A DNA stretch of 64,000 nucleotides, taken from Halorutilales archaeon Cl-col2-1. Lineage in GTDB: Archaea; Halobacteriota; Halobacteria; Halobacteriales; Afararchaeaceae. The first letter of the stretch is position 1, and each line of letters opens with the position of its first letter. Of the stretch, positions 62,106 to 64,000 are shown one piece after another. Under the pieces are notes generated by a model, which did not search any database, was not told where the DNA came from, and saw only the letters and a program-made list of their open reading frames with translations. Location of the stretch: assembly GCA_041891055.1 (NCBI GenBank), contig CP169074.1, positions 896,001 through 960,000 of the forward strand, given 5' to 3'. A program made the translations under genes and the position numbers.

Positions 62106-62819
62106 ATGCCGGACAGCCAACTAGAGTCTATGCTTCCCGACTGCGAGACGGTTTACGAGAATCTCAAGACTAGCTTTGTCGACGTCGAAGCACTGAGGGA
62201 CGACATCGAGAGACAGAGGATAAGCGGCTATCTCAGGTTCGAAGGACGTGGGGACGAGGGAGTAGTCGTGTTCGAGGAGGGTGAGCCTCAGAAAGCGAGA
62301 GTTGAGACAGGAGATACCACGGAGGTACTCGAAGAGTTCGACGAGGTGCTGGAGATACTCGCCACAGGAGAGTACAGCCTCGAAGTCTCCGACTGTGACG
62401 ACACCGAGATACAGATAATACGTAACCAGATGACAGGAAGCATCGTCGAGGAGAACCTCTCGACACGTTACATAAATCTCAGAAACTACCTTCTCAAGCT
62501 CGACGACGACTTCGACGGCTACATAACAGTTGACGAGGATGAGTTCCAGGGTATGATTACGATCGAAGACGGCGACGCGTCGGGTGCTATTCTCGAAACC
62601 GACGGTGAAGCCGTAATGGGCAACGACGCCGTAGACGAGATACTCGGTGCCTCGGAGGAGAGAAATCTACATCTCGACGTCTACCGGATCGAGGAGGAGA
62701 CCGACGACGACGAGACGACCGACAGGGTGAAGCAGGAGATAGAGAAGATATCCGAGGACTTCGAGGACAAGGCGGACGAGATACTCGACGACATGGGGCT
62801 CAACCCCGACGATCTTTAG
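62106..62819 (+). CDS. Hypothetical protein, DUF2226-like duplicated domain
   Basis: Two repeats: ENL.T..V/IN...L....F/ISGY....EG.....G. Confidence 0.65.
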   Translation: MPDSQLESMLPDCETVYENLKTSFVDVEALRDDIERQRISGYLRFEGRGDEGVVVFEEGEPQKARVETGDTTEVLEEFDEVLEILATGEYSLEVSDCDDTEIQIIRNQMTGSIVEENLSTRYINLRNYLLKLDDDFDGYITVDEDEFQGMITIEDGDASGAILETDGEAVMGNDAVDEILGASEERNLHLDVYRIEEETDDDETTDRVKQEIEKISEDFEDKADEILDDMGLNPDDL

Positions 62820-62824
62820 CTAGC

Positions 62825-63034
62825 CTACCTCTCGTTTTTCTTTATCGACTGAATGCTCGACTGAAGCTTCTCGACCTCGTCGTCGGTGAGCTGAACCTCC
62901 GACTGGAGGCTCTCCACCTTGTTCTTGAGCTGTTTTATCCTGACGTGCATCAGGTAGTTTATGCCGAGCATCACGAGTATTACCGCCGAGAGTATACCGA
63001 TTAACGCGTTTATTATCAAGCTCATGTTTATCAT
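62825..63034 (-). CDS. Small single-TM coiled-coil protein
   Basis: N-terminal hydrophobic helix then heptad pattern; overlaps minD stop. Confidence 0.75.
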   Translation of the reverse strand: MINMSLIINALIGILSAVILVMLGINYLMHVRIKQLKNKVESLQSEVQLTDDEVEKLQSSIQSIKKNER

Positions 63035-63813
63035 CCGAATAACGTCTTTGCCATTCTGGAGACGAATCCCTCTTCTTCCTCCTCCTCGGATATCTCATCC
63101 TCGAACTCCTCACCCGAGAGACGTGACGCGAGTCTCTTGTACGCCCTCGAAGCCGGAGAGTTGGGGGAGTGTACGACCACGGGACGTTTGTAGATCGCCG
63201 ACTTCCTGACCTCGGGATCCTCGGGGACACGTTCGAGAACCTCGACCTCAAGTATCTCCTCTATCCTCTCGACATTCATCTCACTCTCCTCGTTGCTAGT
63301 CCTCGTGAGTACGGCACCCGCAACGTCAGTTCCGAGCTTCTCAGCCATTATGTTGGTCTTGGTGGCATCAGCCATGCTCGATATCTCGGGATTGACGACG
63401 AGTATAACCTCATCAGCTACCGAGAGGGGTATCATGCTCTCCTTGCTCAGACCCGCTGGGGCGTCTATGAGTAGATACTCGGTCTTCTTGGTTATGTAAG
63501 TGAGTGCCTCTTCGAGACGGTCGGAGTCGGCTTTCTCGAACCCTTCAAGAGAGAGTCCCGCGGGTACGACCTTGAGTCCCTCGTAGCTCTCGTAGACTGC
63601 GTTGTTGACAGTCTCCTCACCAGAGAGAACCTGGTGGAGCGTAACCGGCTCCTCCTCGTGTCCGAGGACGAGTCCGAGATTCGCCATGCCTATGTCAGCG
63701 TCGAGTACAGTCGTCTCCTTCCCGAGCTGTGCGAGAGCAGTCCCGAGGTTAACCGTAGTAGTTGTCTTTCCCGTTCCTCCTTTTCCGGAGGCTATCGTGA
63801 ACACCTTCGTCAT
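63031..63813 (-). CDS. minD: MinD/ParA ATPase with C-terminal amphipathic helix
   Basis: SGKGGTGKTT, DADIGMANL, DAPAG, C-terminus GFVSRMAKTLFG. Confidence 0.93.
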   Translation of the reverse strand: MTKVFTIASGKGGTGKTTTTVNLGTALAQLGKETTVLDADIGMANLGLVLGHEEEPVTLHQVLSGEETVNNAVYESYEGLKVVPAGLSLEGFEKADSDRLEEALTYITKKTEYLLIDAPAGLSKESMIPLSVADEVILVVNPEISSMADATKTNIMAEKLGTDVAGAVLTRTSNEESEMNVERIEEILEVEVLERVPEDPEVRKSAIYKRPVVVHSPNSPASRAYKRLASRLSGEEFEDEISEEEEEEGFVSRMAKTLFG

Positions 63814-63819
63814 TCTGTG

Positions 63820-64000
63820 TCACCCGAACATCCCTGATATGCGGTCGACTATGCTCGATCCCTTCTCGGTCGTCTCGTGCTCGCCGTTCCCCGACGACTG
63901 GGCGACCATCCTGTGGAGATATGTGTCTATCGCCAGCTGCATGTCGAAGTTGATGAGGCGGAGGTAGGCGAGTATGTCGTTCCTGAGTTCGTCGAGGTCG
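63820..64000 (-). CDS. 3' end of a sensor-globin/protoglobin-like protein (truncated by window edge; not in ORF track)
   Basis: ...DILAYLRLINFDMQLAIDTYLHRMVAQSSGNGEHETTEKGSSIVDRISGMFG*; matches HemAT globin H helix [21 protein letters not shown]. Confidence 0.75.
   Translation of the reverse strand, partial: DLDELRNDILAYLRLINFDMQLAIDTYLHRMVAQSSGNGEHETTEKGSSIVDRISGMFG

Overview
A 64-kb segment from an extremely halophilic archaeon (acidic proteome; bacterioruberin genes; doublet histone). The archaeal-type AdkA suggests a deep-branching Halobacteria lineage such as Halorutilales; this is inference. Most of the window is housekeeping: rpa, tfb, histone, rpl15e, aglJ, hemA, pssA, RFC, pspA, fumC, idsA, crtB/crtD/lyeJ/cruF, smc/scpA, adkA, sua5, thi4, pheA, aroC, trxA/B, pilB/pilC, minD, and tRNA-Arg(TCT), -Gly(GCC) and -Met(CAT, intron). 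Mobile DNA comprises three tnpB-only IS200/IS605 (IS1341-type) elements, two elements reduced to their ends plus the omega-RNA region, and a decayed IS6 with a duplicated end. Four observations stand out. (1) An unassigned ~400-nt highly structured RNA candidate with its own TATA box at ~30960-31357. (2) About 21 copies of a ~47-55-bp double-hairpin mini-element, found only in IS ends, tnpB/omega-RNA regions, a dead transposase and a tRNA gene. It forms head-to-tail arrays, one of which appears to have inserted inside tRNA-Gly and rebuilt its 5' end. (3) A stand-alone omega-RNA cassette cognate to one TnpB. (4) Unusual globin proteins: a HemAT-rhodanese fusion, and a globin ending in a MinD-like membrane-targeting tail directly upstream of minD. 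All calls were made by eye; no database searches or folding programs were run.
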